From a virus (lineage: Duplodnaviria > Caudoviricetes): a stretch of DNA of 64,000 nucleotides. This document shows positions 29,251-38,986 of this stretch, piece by piece. The notes beneath the pieces were generated by a model that was not told where the DNA came from, did not search any database, and saw only the letters and a program-made list of their open reading frames with translations. The position numbers were made by a program, and so were the translations under genes. Position 1 is the stretch's first letter, and each line of letters starts with the position of its first letter. The stretch is taken from positions 3,916 to 67,915 of the IMG/VR virus record IMGVR_UViG_3300032030_000074. One strand, given 5' to 3'.

Positions 29251-30414
29251 ATGTGCAGGTACACACCGATAAAAAATATTTATATCGCGAATCATAAAAT
29301 TATCAAAATGGCGTTCGCGCTTAATGTCAGTGACAAAAAAGAAAAAAAAGAAAGAACAGAATACACCGCGAACTTAAATCAAAAATACGCCGAAAGAGTT
29401 ACTCAAAATAAAAAAATTGCGTTCACAGTTAATGGCTATGACGTTTTCAGACCTAAACCCGGCGGCAAAAAGGGCGAAATCGTCAAGCACAGAGTCACGT
29501 ACCCGTGCAAATTGCGCGTGGTCGAAGACCCTTTGCTTAATCTCAGTGACGCGGAGCGCGAAAATCTCAAAACGCCGCCTAATCTCTTTGACCGCTTAAT
29601 TTTTACCGCGTTGACTTCCGCATACCACGAGGGCATTAAGGAAATTTCCGTTGCCGCGCTTTATCGTATTATCACCGGAAAAAATAATTTTAACTGCAAA
29701 CCCAGCGAAAATCACGTCACCGAAATTTTAGCGTCCGTCAAGAAGTTAGCTTGTCTGCAGGTTAGCATTGACGCCACCGACGCTTTTACAAGTTATACTC
29801 ATAAAGACGGGACGCCAAAATACAATGACGGCAAGCCGCTTGTCATTGACTTCACACCGATTATTCCTTGCACTATTTTCAGCGGGATTTTTCAAAGTGA
29901 TAAAAATACAGAGGTTATTAGGCTTACTGCCGAATCCCCGCTTTTCAAAGTTGCACGTCTTATGAATCAGCTTTTAACCGTCCCGCGTACAGTGCTTGAT
30001 GTCGGCAAAACACGTCATACCGCCAATATTTACAAAGTCAAATTTTGTACGCTTTTTCGCGTAGTGGAAATTCCCAAAGCACGCAACCTCACAGACGTTA
30101 TCACCTTCGACGACCTTTTTACCAAATGTGGAATTGATAATGCAAGCCCAAAAATCAAGGCAACGGCAAGAGATATTATCGCTGTGATTCTTCGCAATCT
30201 TCAAAGTGCCGACGTGTTGAAGGCTTTTAAAATTATTCGCGACGGAGCCGAGTACGCAAAAATCGAACTTACGTACCTTTCAAAAAGCGAAAAATCCCCC
30301 AAAAAAGCGCAGTCAACTAAAAAGTCAAATGGCAGTAAAGCAGAATCAGTGTTTTTAGACTTTGACTTTTTTATAAGACCCTTGCGAAATAGGACAAATA
30401 TCCTTGCGAAATAA
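29251..30414 (+). CDS. putative replication initiator
   Basis: Basic 387 aa ORF after the helicase; its 3' end runs into an iteron array. Confidence 0.55.
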   Translation: MCRYTPIKNIYIANHKIIKMAFALNVSDKKEKKERTEYTANLNQKYAERVTQNKKIAFTVNGYDVFRPKPGGKKGEIVKHRVTYPCKLRVVEDPLLNLSDAERENLKTPPNLFDRLIFTALTSAYHEGIKEISVAALYRIITGKNNFNCKPSENHVTEILASVKKLACLQVSIDATDAFTSYTHKDGTPKYNDGKPLVIDFTPIIPCTIFSGIFQSDKNTEVIRLTAESPLFKVARLMNQLLTVPRTVLDVGKTRHTANIYKVKFCTLFRVVEIPKARNLTDVITFDDLFTKCGIDNASPKIKATARDIIAVILRNLQSADVLKAFKIIRDGAEYAKIELTYLSKSEKSPKKAQSTKKSNGSKAESVFLDFDFFIRPLRNRTNILAK

Positions 30415-30481
30415 GGTATTTTTACCTTGCGAAATAGGACAAATATCCTTGCGAAATAAGGTATTTTTACCTTGCGAAATA
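30380..30481. repeat. iteron array, putative origin
   Basis: CCTTGCGAAATA at 30380, 30402, 30425, 30447, 30470 (22/23 bp spacing). Confidence 0.85.
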
Positions 30482-31087
30482 GGGTATAATTGCCTACTTC
30501 AAAAATGCGCCGAAAGTCCGCGTATCATAAGGCTTTTCCGATTTTTGCGCCGCGCCCTCATATCTATGCATATCTTACAGATAAATGCATAGATATATAT
30601 GTATTTATATCTGCGTTAATCTACGCTTGCGTCTACGCCGCTTACCGCTGACGCTATCGCGGCTAGACGCCGCGCTTTTCGTGAAGTTAGGGTTATCGCC
30701 ACATTTTAAATGTTATCTCTACCGAAATTAAAAAAAATAAAAAAACTAGCAAAGAGGAAAAACGGCAAAGTCAAGCAATCACCGGAAGTTAAGCTACAAA
30801 CTACCGCAACAACGTGAACCGAAGGCTAACGCCTAAATACACCGACAACCCCTTTAAAGACAGCAAAAATAAAAAACACCGCCGTCACCGTCACATTTAC
30901 CCGTAAACGCCTTCCCGTCGTCTTGAAGGTAACCCCCTATCAACCACCGTCACAAACGGCGCTTAAATCAAATTATACGACGTTTTAAAGGTATTTCTGC
31001 AAAATTAACTATACAAAATTCCGCCGGTTCATGATATAATAAAAATGGGATAATTTGAATTTGAAGTCACGAAGGCAGGGAAGACAG

Positions 31088-31507
31088 ATGACACAAGAGG
31101 AGCTAACAACAGTTACGGTATTGACCGACGCAATACGAAAGGAACAAAATCGCTTAAGCAAGCTTAGAGATTGGATAACACGCATTACGCAGGAAATAGA
31201 CGGAATGCCGCACGACCACAGCTACCCCAAGTCAAGCATAGAGGAGCTGACAGCGCAAATAGTAGATTGTGAATCAAACATACAAAATTTGACAATTTCG
31301 CGTATGATTGCAAGGAGCAAGTTGACTAAAGACATCGACAAACTCTTTGACGACAATGCAACGAAGGAAGTCTTTGTCGAGAGGTATGTTTTCGGCAGAA
31401 AATTTTGCGACATTGCAAAGACGATGAATTTTTCCGAAAATCGCGTTTATTGCCTTCGTCGTCAAGGTTTGAAAACACTCGGCATAAAAAAGGACTTTGC
31501 AGAATAA
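31088..31507 (+). CDS. ArpU/RinA-like late transcription regulator
   Basis: ITQEIDGMPH...VFVERYVFGRKFCDIAKTMNFSENRVYCLRRQGL; upstream of the packaging genes. Confidence 0.75.
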   Translation: MTQEELTTVTVLTDAIRKEQNRLSKLRDWITRITQEIDGMPHDHSYPKSSIEELTAQIVDCESNIQNLTISRMIARSKLTKDIDKLFDDNATKEVFVERYVFGRKFCDIAKTMNFSENRVYCLRRQGLKTLGIKKDFAE

Positions 31508-31632
31508 ATCGTTAGCATAAGATTATGCCGATATACGTATGATGTTGCTTGCAAGTTAGGAATTGGCTATGAGATAATAAACGCGGCGTAAAATACCAGT
31601 CATTCAAAATGATTTCTCTTTTAGAAAAGGTT

Positions 31633-31656
31633 AGGCGGTGACGAGCCGCCTTTTTT
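31633..31656 (+). terminator. intrinsic terminator
   Basis: AGGCGG-tgacgag-CCGCCT followed by T run. Confidence 0.65.
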
Positions 31657-31688
31657 GCACTCATTTTTCAGCGGACGCCCCCCTGGTT

Positions 31689-31733
31689 AGTTTCTTTCGG
31701 CACGGGATTGATTTTTCTTGCGGGCGCCGACCC
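31689..31733 (+). other. putative cos site
   Basis: GGGCGCCGACCC (31722-33) vs lambda cos GGGCGGCGACCT, 10/12 match; upstream AGTTTCTTTCGG resembles cosQ; ~90 bp before terS. Confidence 0.55.
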
Positions 31734-31823
31734 CAGCAACTTTCTAGGCACAATAAAACTACTAAGTTGTAATTGTAGTAATGGCGATTTGATAAAAATT
31801 TCCTATATAAAGGTGGTGGTGCG

Positions 31824-32339
31824 ATGAGCTACAAGTACAATGGCGAAATTTCCGAAATAACGGTAACGCAGACATCACTTGCGAAATGGCTTGAATGTAG
31901 TCAACAACGTGTAAGTCAAATGGTTGCAAACGGTGAATTAGTCAGAGATGAGTTTGATAAAACAGGACGCGTCAAATTGGCAGAAAGTCTAAGATTTTAT
32001 TATCTTAGTAAAGCTGATATCGGAGACGAGGCAAGCTATTGGAAAGAAAAGGCGCTTAGAGAAAAGATAAACCGAAAACGCGACGCATTGAAATTAAAAA
32101 AAGAAGAAGGCTCGGTGTATGATGCGCAGACCGTTGAAATGGCATTGATTGAACTATTAACCAATTTGCGCACTCAATTATTAGGACTTCCGGCTAAATT
32201 TGCAGTACAGCTTGAAGGTAAAAACCGCGATGAAATTTACAACGCAATGACGCTTGAAATTGAAAATCGCCTACAGGAGCTATCAGAATACGACCCGCAA
32301 AAATTGAATCAAGAATTGGAAGAAGTTGTAACGGAATAA
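31824..32339 (+). CDS. terminase small subunit, Nu1-like (copy 1)
   Basis: wHTH TQTSLAKWLECSQQRVSQM; SYWKEKAL..; LLTNLRTQLLGLPAK. Confidence 0.75.
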   Translation: MSYKYNGEISEITVTQTSLAKWLECSQQRVSQMVANGELVRDEFDKTGRVKLAESLRFYYLSKADIGDEASYWKEKALREKINRKRDALKLKKEEGSVYDAQTVEMALIELLTNLRTQLLGLPAKFAVQLEGKNRDEIYNAMTLEIENRLQELSEYDPQKLNQELEEVVTE

Positions 32340-32426
32340 TTTTTTCTGCCTTTGATAACTTTTAAGTTGACCAAAAATCACTTTGGAATTATCATTTACA
32401 AGAATTTTCTTGTAGGAGGCAGAAGA

Positions 32427-32699
32427 ATGGAAAAAGAAAAGAATCCTGCCGAATCTGTCATTTTTGCGCAGTCTGAACAAAAAAAGATTGTCGACGAGAT
32501 TATTAAAATTCGGAAGGAACAGAAAATCAGCCAGCGCACGCTTAGCGAATTGAGTGGCGTGAAACAACCGATTATTGCACGTATGGAAAAAGGAAACACG
32601 GCGCCGCAATTAGAAACGGTGTTGAAAACGTTGTACCCTTTGGACAAAACACTTGCGGTAATTCCGCGCGAAAGTACGGAAGGTGGTGCTGAATCGTGA
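32427..32699 (+). CDS. XRE HTH protein, antitoxin-like
   Basis: IRKEQKISQRTLSELSGVKQPIIARMEKGNTAPQLETVLK. Confidence 0.8.
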   Translation: MEKEKNPAESVIFAQSEQKKIVDEIIKIRKEQKISQRTLSELSGVKQPIIARMEKGNTAPQLETVLKTLYPLDKTLAVIPRESTEGGAES

Positions 32700-33193
32700 A
32701 GGCAATCGGAGAAGTAAAAGATATTACTACGTCACAATCGGCATTGGCGCGTTATCTTAATTTGACGCAAGCGAGAGTTAATCAGCTTATCGGTGAAGGC
32801 ATTGTTATTCGGAGCAATAAAGAAACAGGCGTTTTGGTCGCTGACAGCATTAAAAATTATTTTATTGAAAACAGCAAAAATGAAAATAAAGAAGTCAGCT
32901 ACTGGGAAGAAAAAGGACTTCACGAACGCGCAAAACGCGAACTTGCCGAGTTAAAATTAGCGAAGGCACGCGGTCAAGTTTACGATGCAAAGGTCGTTGA
33001 ACAAGCGCTTGAAAAAATGCTTGCTAACTTTCGCACCAATTTGACGGGGCTTGCACACCGTTTACCGGCAGAGTTGGCATATTGCACGGAAGAAGAAATG
33101 CAAGACGTTTTAGCGGCGTCTTTTGAAAATCTTTTGGCGGAATTATCGAATTTCGACACAAAGAGCCTTGCCGAAGAAGGCGATGACGAATGA
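32696..33193 (+). CDS. terminase small subunit, Nu1-like (copy 2)
   Basis: SQSALARYLNLTQARVNQL; SYWEEKGL..; coupled to terL. Confidence 0.8.
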   Translation: MKAIGEVKDITTSQSALARYLNLTQARVNQLIGEGIVIRSNKETGVLVADSIKNYFIENSKNENKEVSYWEEKGLHERAKRELAELKLAKARGQVYDAKVVEQALEKMLANFRTNLTGLAHRLPAELAYCTEEEMQDVLAASFENLLAELSNFDTKSLAEEGDDE

Positions 33194-35097
33194 AAAGTAT
33201 TAATGACTTACTCGGCAAGGTAATGAAAAAAGGTTTACAACCGATAAAAAAAATGTCGGTTAGCGAATGGGCTGACAAGTATCGCCAATTACCTGCAGAC
33301 GCGGCGGAGCCGGGTCAATGGCGGACTTCGCGCACGCCGTATGCAAAAGAGATAATGGACGCCTTCACTGATAACAACATTCACCGAGTTGTTGTAAAAT
33401 CGGCGGCGCAGGTTGCAAAGACCGAAATTTTATTGAACGTTATCGGCAGGTTCGCGCACCTTGACCCTTGCAGTATTCTCTTAGTTAATCCTACAATCGA
33501 AATGTCGCAGGACTTTTCAAAGGCGCGTTTGTCGAGGATGATACAAGACACGAAGATTTTGACGCCGCTTTTTTACGGCAAGGGCGAAAGTGCTAAAACG
33601 CGTGACACTAACCAAACAATTTTGTCCAAATTTTTCACCGGCGGCAGGTTGGTATTAGGCGGAGCAAATTCACCTGCAGGTTTGGCGTCAAGACCGATTA
33701 GAATTTTACTTTGTGACGAAGTGGACAGGTTCCCAATTTCGGCAGGTAGTGAAGGTGATCCGGTAGACCTTGCCGCAAAGAGAATGACAACGTTTTGGAA
33801 TTACAAAATGGGATTATTTTCCACGCCGACGAATGAGGGTGCAAGCCGTATTGACATTGAATATTTGACGGGAACACAGGAAGAGTGGCAACACCGATGT
33901 CCGAATTGCGGCGAATTTCACGCACTAGACTATCGCGCAATGAATGTAGACTTCATAGAGAATCAAGACGACGCGGGAAATAAAACCGTCATTGTTAAAA
34001 GCGTGAAGTGGAAATGTCCCGACTGCGGTTTTGATTTTGATGAACGTACGATAAAAACGGCGCCGCAAAAATACGTTGCTCAGAATCCCGACGCTATTCA
34101 CAACGGCATAAGGTCATTTTGGCTTAACGGCTTTTCGTCCCCGTGGTTGACGTGGGCAGAAATAATGCGTGAATGGTTAGAGGCTAAAGGCTTGCCGTCA
34201 CGCGAGGCGGTAGTTTTCAATACGCGGTTTGGTTTGTCGTATAAATTAGCGGGTGAATACGAGGATGAGCAAGTATTTCTTGACCGACGCGAAGAATATC
34301 AAGCCGAATTGCCGGACGGAGTATTACTCTTGACGGGCGCGGTTGACGTACAAAAAAACCGCCTTGAATATGAAATTTGCGGTTGGGGCTATGATGAAGA
34401 ATGTTACGGAATAAAGCGCGGCGTTATAATGGGCGAACCTACAGACGTCGGCACTTGGCGCGAGCTTGACAAAATTCTTGACCGTGAATTTTATTTTGAG
34501 GACGGCACGCCACTGAAAGTGTCACGTACTTTTATTGACAGCGGCTATTCAACACGCGCGGTATATGAGTATTGTACAGCCAACGTGCAAAAACAACGCT
34601 TTCCGATTAAAGGTAAAGGCGGAGCCGGTCTTCCGCTGATTTATCAGTACACAAAACTTAAAAACCTGCCGGTGCCGCTTACGATTTTGGGCGTTGACGA
34701 CGGCAAACAAGAAATCTTTGCACGTTTAGGTATCACCGAAAAAGGCGCCCAATACTTTCATTTCCCAAAAAATGACAAGTATATAGAGCGGCGCGGCTAT
34801 GATAATCTTTACTTTAAACAGCTGATAGCGGAGCGCCGCGTATTTCGTAAGGTCAGCGGCGTCATTCAAATTGCGTGGGAACCAGTTGCAGACGGCGTCA
34901 GAAATGAAAGTTTGGACTTAAGAGTTTACAATTTGGCGGCAATGAAATCTTGCGAGGCGAAAAGAGGTGCGGCATTTTGGAAGAAGAGGACGGAATTGTT
35001 GAAGGCGAAATCGGTGACACCGACACAGGCACCGAAACCGCAACCAACACGGCAAGACAATACAGCTACGTACAGACAGCTGGATATTTGGACTTAA
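33190..35097 (+). CDS. terminase large subunit, lambda GpA family
   Basis: SVSEWADKYR, KSAAQVAKTE, LLCDEVDRF, STPT, CPNCG, GAVDVQ, NESLDLRVY. Confidence 0.95.
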   Translation: MKSINDLLGKVMKKGLQPIKKMSVSEWADKYRQLPADAAEPGQWRTSRTPYAKEIMDAFTDNNIHRVVVKSAAQVAKTEILLNVIGRFAHLDPCSILLVNPTIEMSQDFSKARLSRMIQDTKILTPLFYGKGESAKTRDTNQTILSKFFTGGRLVLGGANSPAGLASRPIRILLCDEVDRFPISAGSEGDPVDLAAKRMTTFWNYKMGLFSTPTNEGASRIDIEYLTGTQEEWQHRCPNCGEFHALDYRAMNVDFIENQDDAGNKTVIVKSVKWKCPDCGFDFDERTIKTAPQKYVAQNPDAIHNGIRSFWLNGFSSPWLTWAEIMREWLEAKGLPSREAVVFNTRFGLSYKLAGEYEDEQVFLDRREEYQAELPDGVLLLTGAVDVQKNRLEYEICGWGYDEECYGIKRGVIMGEPTDVGTWRELDKILDREFYFEDGTPLKVSRTFIDSGYSTRAVYEYCTANVQKQRFPIKGKGGAGLPLIYQYTKLKNLPVPLTILGVDDGKQEIFARLGITEKGAQYFHFPKNDKYIERRGYDNLYFKQLIAERRVFRKVSGVIQIAWEPVADGVRNESLDLRVYNLAAMKSCEAKRGAAFWKKRTELLKAKSVTPTQAPKPQPTRQDNTATYRQLDIWT

Positions 35098-35321
35098 ATT
35101 TTGATTTAAAATCGCTTAAGCGACAGCGGCTTTATGCGTATATGGAGGCGGAAAAAGCTATCCTTCTCGGCGCTCAATCCTACACGCTTGATAACCGCAC
35201 CTTGACGCGAGCTAATTTGGCAGAGATTAAAAAGATGATATCTGATTTAATTGCGGAAATAGCATTGGAAGAATCAGCGGCTAAAAACGGCAACGTCCGC
35301 CGCGCGGTGTTTATTGATTAG
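35088..35321 (+). CDS. gpW-like head-tail joining protein
   Basis: YMEAEKAILLGAQSYTLDNRTLTRANL; between terL and portal; start uncertain. Confidence 0.7.
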   Translation: MDLNFDLKSLKRQRLYAYMEAEKAILLGAQSYTLDNRTLTRANLAEIKKMISDLIAEIALEESAAKNGNVRRAVFID

Positions 35322-35329
35322 GTAAATTT

Positions 35330-36985
35330 ATGAAAACTAAACGAAGGTACAAAATACGCGACAAGACGCCGCAATTTAAAAATAGCGGTTATTCCGGCGG
35401 CGGCGCGAATCACGAGCGCAATACGCTAAAATCTTTTCTACCTGCGCATTACTCAGCTACGTCTGATATTGACTTCAACCTTTCGACGCTTAGAAATCGC
35501 GCGGCAGATTTAGTGATGAATAGTCCTATCGGCAGTGCGGCGGTCGTGACGTCAACGGCAAACGTAATTTCAAGCGGCTTGAAATTATTTCCGCGCTTAA
35601 AACCGAAGGCATTGGGCTTGACGCCGGAGCAAGCGGTAGATTGGTGCCGACATACTAAGCAGGAATTTGAATTGTGGGCAAACAGTTTGCACTGCGACTA
35701 TTACCGCCGAAACAGCTTTAATGAGTTACAGCGAATCGCCTATATGTCATACTTGACCGACGGCGATTGTTTTTGCTTATTCAAGCGTCGATATCCTACA
35801 AAAGATTTTCCGTACAGCTTAAGATTACAGCTGATAGAGGCGGCGCGAGTATCAAACCCGCATTTTAGCAACAGACCGTATTTCGGCATTTCGCCTTTTG
35901 GAATTGAAATGAAGAATCCCGACAACGGTCACCGAATCATTAACGGCATTGAAGTAGACAAGACGGGACAATTTATCGCGGTTTGGATATCCAATAAAAT
36001 TTGGAATGAACCTATAAATCTTGACGAAAATTTGGAATGGCAGCGCGTTAAAATTTTCGGCGAGGAAACGGGACGGCGAAACGTGCTACATATTTGCTAC
36101 GACAGCAGGACGGAGCAATTTCGCGGCGTACCACTTTTAGCGCCGGTTATCGAATCACTTAAGCAGATATCACGCTACGGTGACGCTGAATTAACTTCGG
36201 CGGTTATCAAGTCATTTTTTTCAATTTTCTTCACGGAGGTTTTTCAGTCAACGGGATTTGAACTGAATCAAGTCTTGCCGGACAATGACGGCTTGACCGA
36301 TGAGGAAACCGATGAGGAAATGGATAAAGTGATGCGCGAATATAAACTCGGCGCAGGAACGATAACCAAACTGCCGCGCGGCGTCGACGTGAAGGCGATT
36401 GACCGCAGTAATGCGCAGTCAACCTTTGACCCGTTTATTAACGCATTTTTGAAACAAATCGGCGCGGCGCTTAACATACCTTTTGAGATTTTGATTAAGC
36501 AATTTCAAGCGAGCTATTCTGCAAGCAAAGCGGCTTTACTGCAAGCCGACACCGAATTTAATATTAGGCGGCAAGCATTTATCAATGATTTTTGCCAACC
36601 GATTTATGAAAATTTTTTAATGGAAGCCGTTGCACTTGGACGAATCAAGGCAGACGGTTTTTTTGATGATCCGCTGAAAAGAGCGTTGTGGAGTTCCGCT
36701 GATTGGTATGGCGAAAGTTCAAAAATTCTTGACCCCGTGAAAGAAGTTCAAGGCTCATTGATGAAAATTCTGCTTGGACTGTCGACGCACCAAAAAGAGT
36801 GTATGGAATTGGTCGGTGCAGATTATAATGACAATTTGGAAGTTTTGGCATCTGAATATAATATGCGCAAAAAACTTTTACCGGACATTCCCGAAATGCA
36901 AAACGCCGCCGTACCGAACATCAATGACGAAAAAGAAAAGCCTAAAGAGGAGAATGCCAATGCTGGAAATCGACAGAATTTATAA
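35330..36985 (+). CDS. portal protein, lambda family
   Basis: TLRNRAADLVMNSPIG, QFRGVPLLAPVI, SYSASKAALL, DPVKEV. Confidence 0.93.
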   Translation: MKTKRRYKIRDKTPQFKNSGYSGGGANHERNTLKSFLPAHYSATSDIDFNLSTLRNRAADLVMNSPIGSAAVVTSTANVISSGLKLFPRLKPKALGLTPEQAVDWCRHTKQEFELWANSLHCDYYRRNSFNELQRIAYMSYLTDGDCFCLFKRRYPTKDFPYSLRLQLIEAARVSNPHFSNRPYFGISPFGIEMKNPDNGHRIINGIEVDKTGQFIAVWISNKIWNEPINLDENLEWQRVKIFGEETGRRNVLHICYDSRTEQFRGVPLLAPVIESLKQISRYGDAELTSAVIKSFFSIFFTEVFQSTGFELNQVLPDNDGLTDEETDEEMDKVMREYKLGAGTITKLPRGVDVKAIDRSNAQSTFDPFINAFLKQIGAALNIPFEILIKQFQASYSASKAALLQADTEFNIRRQAFINDFCQPIYENFLMEAVALGRIKADGFFDDPLKRALWSSADWYGESSKILDPVKEVQGSLMKILLGLSTHQKECMELVGADYNDNLEVLASEYNMRKKLLPDIPEMQNAAVPNINDEKEKPKEENANAGNRQNL

Positions 36986-37823
36986 CGAAGACTGTCTAGA
37001 GGGCATGAAAAAAATCGATGACGGCACAATAGATTTTGTTTGCACAGACCTTCCATATGGCTTGATTGACTGCGGTTGGGATAAACGCATTGACTTACAA
37101 AAATTTTGGAAAGAAGTACGCCGAATATTAAAACCGCAATCAAGCGCGGCAATGTTCGCCAGCGGCAAATTTGTTTTTGAATTGGCTCAATCAAATTGGC
37201 AATGGTACAAGTACAAATGGGTTTGGATAAAAAATCAGCCGACGTGTTTTGTACACGCTAAAAATTGTCCAATGCACAAACACGAAGAAATTTTAATTTT
37301 TTCAAACGGCGTCATTAATCACGAATCACTTTCACCCAAAACGCGAATGAAATATTTTCCGCAGGGCGTTCACGACATAGAACCTACGCAAAAGAAAACT
37401 TCGCACGGCAGACTTGTAGGAATATCAAGCCAGCTAAGGGGGGTTAAATGTCAAGGAAACACGCGCTTTAATGCGCTGAATAAATTCGGCAGTGCATACG
37501 GCAGGCGACCTTCCCAAAAAGAAGTTTATACGTCGACGAAAGAGGGCTATCCTGCAGATGTTTTACAATTCAACACGGTTTGCACGAATGCAAAATTTAA
37601 TCCTTCACAAAAACCCGTTGACCTGCTTGAATACTTAATCAAGACGTACACGAATGAAGGCGAATTGGTTTTGGACGCTACAATCGGCAGTGGAAGTACG
37701 GCAGTTGCGGCGGTCAACACCGGCAGACACTTTATAGGTTTTGAGACGGAAAAACATTTTTGCGATATCGCGAACGAACGAATATCGAAGGCGCTTGCAG
37801 ATAAAATGCAAGTGCTTTTTTAG
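36960..37823 (+). CDS. DNA methyltransferase, N6A/N4C beta class
   Basis: IYNEDCLEGM...TDLPY...HEEILIF...QKPVDLLEYLIKTYTNEGELVLDATIGSGSTA. Confidence 0.9.
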   Translation: MLEIDRIYNEDCLEGMKKIDDGTIDFVCTDLPYGLIDCGWDKRIDLQKFWKEVRRILKPQSSAAMFASGKFVFELAQSNWQWYKYKWVWIKNQPTCFVHAKNCPMHKHEEILIFSNGVINHESLSPKTRMKYFPQGVHDIEPTQKKTSHGRLVGISSQLRGVKCQGNTRFNALNKFGSAYGRRPSQKEVYTSTKEGYPADVLQFNTVCTNAKFNPSQKPVDLLEYLIKTYTNEGELVLDATIGSGSTAVAAVNTGRHFIGFETEKHFCDIANERISKALADKMQVLF

Positions 37824-37834
37824 TAGGTGACAGA

Positions 37835-38017
37835 ATGTCTAAGATACAACAATTAAACAAGTGCAAGGAAATAGACACGCGGCAATTTGCAGATGAAAAA
37901 TTTGCTCATACCTGTCCGCGTTGCGGTTTTAAATTTAACGGCGGAAAAAATAATGTTTCATTGGAATTGGAAGTTGACAGACCTGCCGACAACGACGAAC
38001 GGGAAAAAGGTATTTAG
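37835..38017 (+). CDS. small protein with CPRCG knuckle
   Basis: FAHTCPRCGFKFN; overlaps the C5-MTase start. Confidence 0.45.
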   Translation: MSKIQQLNKCKEIDTRQFADEKFAHTCPRCGFKFNGGKNNVSLELEVDRPADNDEREKGI

Positions 38018-38960
38018 TTGCTTTTCGTGCGGCGGAGGTTCGTCACTCGGTTATAAACGCGCGGGGTTTGAGGTTATCGGCAACGTTGAAATTGACAAGT
38101 CGGCAAGTGCCGCTTATGTCAGAAATCTTAAGCCGAAATACAATTTTTGTATGGATTTACGCGATTTTAACGCGCTTGATAATCTTCCGGCGGAGCTTTA
38201 CGCGCTTGATATATTGGACGGTTCGCCACCTTGCACGCCGTTTTCAATTTCCGGCAGACGCGAAAAGCATTGGGGCGTTGAGAAAAAATTTCGTGAAGGT
38301 CAAAAGTTACAGACGCTTGACGATTTATTTTTTGTGTTTTTGGAGACCGTCAAAAAACTGCGTCCTAAAATCGTAATTGCCGAAAATGTTAAAGGCTTGA
38401 TACAAGGCAACGCGAAAGGCTATGTCAATCAGATTTTGCACGGATTTAAAAATTTAGGTTATGACGTCCAAATATTTCAGCTTAATGCGGCGTTTATGAA
38501 TGTCCCGCAGGTACGCGAGCGAATATTTTTTATTGCCAATAACCAAAAATATCCGCGTTTGAAATTGGATTTTAACAATACGCCGATACTTTTTAAAGAT
38601 GTCAGGACGGCGCAAGGTATACCGATTGGCGACGGAATCACTACAAAACGGCTTGAATATTTGTTGCCGACCGATACCATGATAGCCGATATAACCGCGC
38701 GAACAGAAAATAAATGGACGGGTTTTTGCACCAAAATTTATCAAGACGACAGAATAGCACCGACTTTGACACATTGCGGTGTGAGTATTCGCGCTTGTGA
38801 TAAAACAAAATTGTCGGCAGGTGACTACATAAATATTTCAACCTTTCCGCAAGATTATGACTTTAGCCGAGCGTCGGTAAAATATCTATGTGCAATGAGT
38901 GTACCGCCTAATATGACGGCGAATTTAGCGACAGAAATTTATAAACAGTGGCTGAAATAA
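37953..38960 (+). CDS. C5-cytosine DNA methyltransferase
   Basis: FSCGGG motif I, GSPPC motif IV, ENVKG motif VI, QVRERIFF motif VIII. Confidence 0.92.
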   Translation: MFHWNWKLTDLPTTTNGKKVFSCFSCGGGSSLGYKRAGFEVIGNVEIDKSASAAYVRNLKPKYNFCMDLRDFNALDNLPAELYALDILDGSPPCTPFSISGRREKHWGVEKKFREGQKLQTLDDLFFVFLETVKKLRPKIVIAENVKGLIQGNAKGYVNQILHGFKNLGYDVQIFQLNAAFMNVPQVRERIFFIANNQKYPRLKLDFNNTPILFKDVRTAQGIPIGDGITTKRLEYLLPTDTMIADITARTENKWTGFCTKIYQDDRIAPTLTHCGVSIRACDKTKLSAGDYINISTFPQDYDFSRASVKYLCAMSVPPNMTANLATEIYKQWLK

Positions 38961-38986
38961 GCCGCTTTTTTATTGGAGGTGACAGC

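Noticed and set aside
30380-30481. CRISPR-like array
   Set aside because: Spacers are 10-11 bp and themselves repeat; this fits iterons.
34950-35087. Long N-terminus of the gpW-like ORF; likewise 36774-36959, 37887-37952, 53477-53623, 10115-10177
   Set aside because: These extensions overlap upstream genes or regulatory DNA; downstream starts fit the RBS or the recognisable domain start better.
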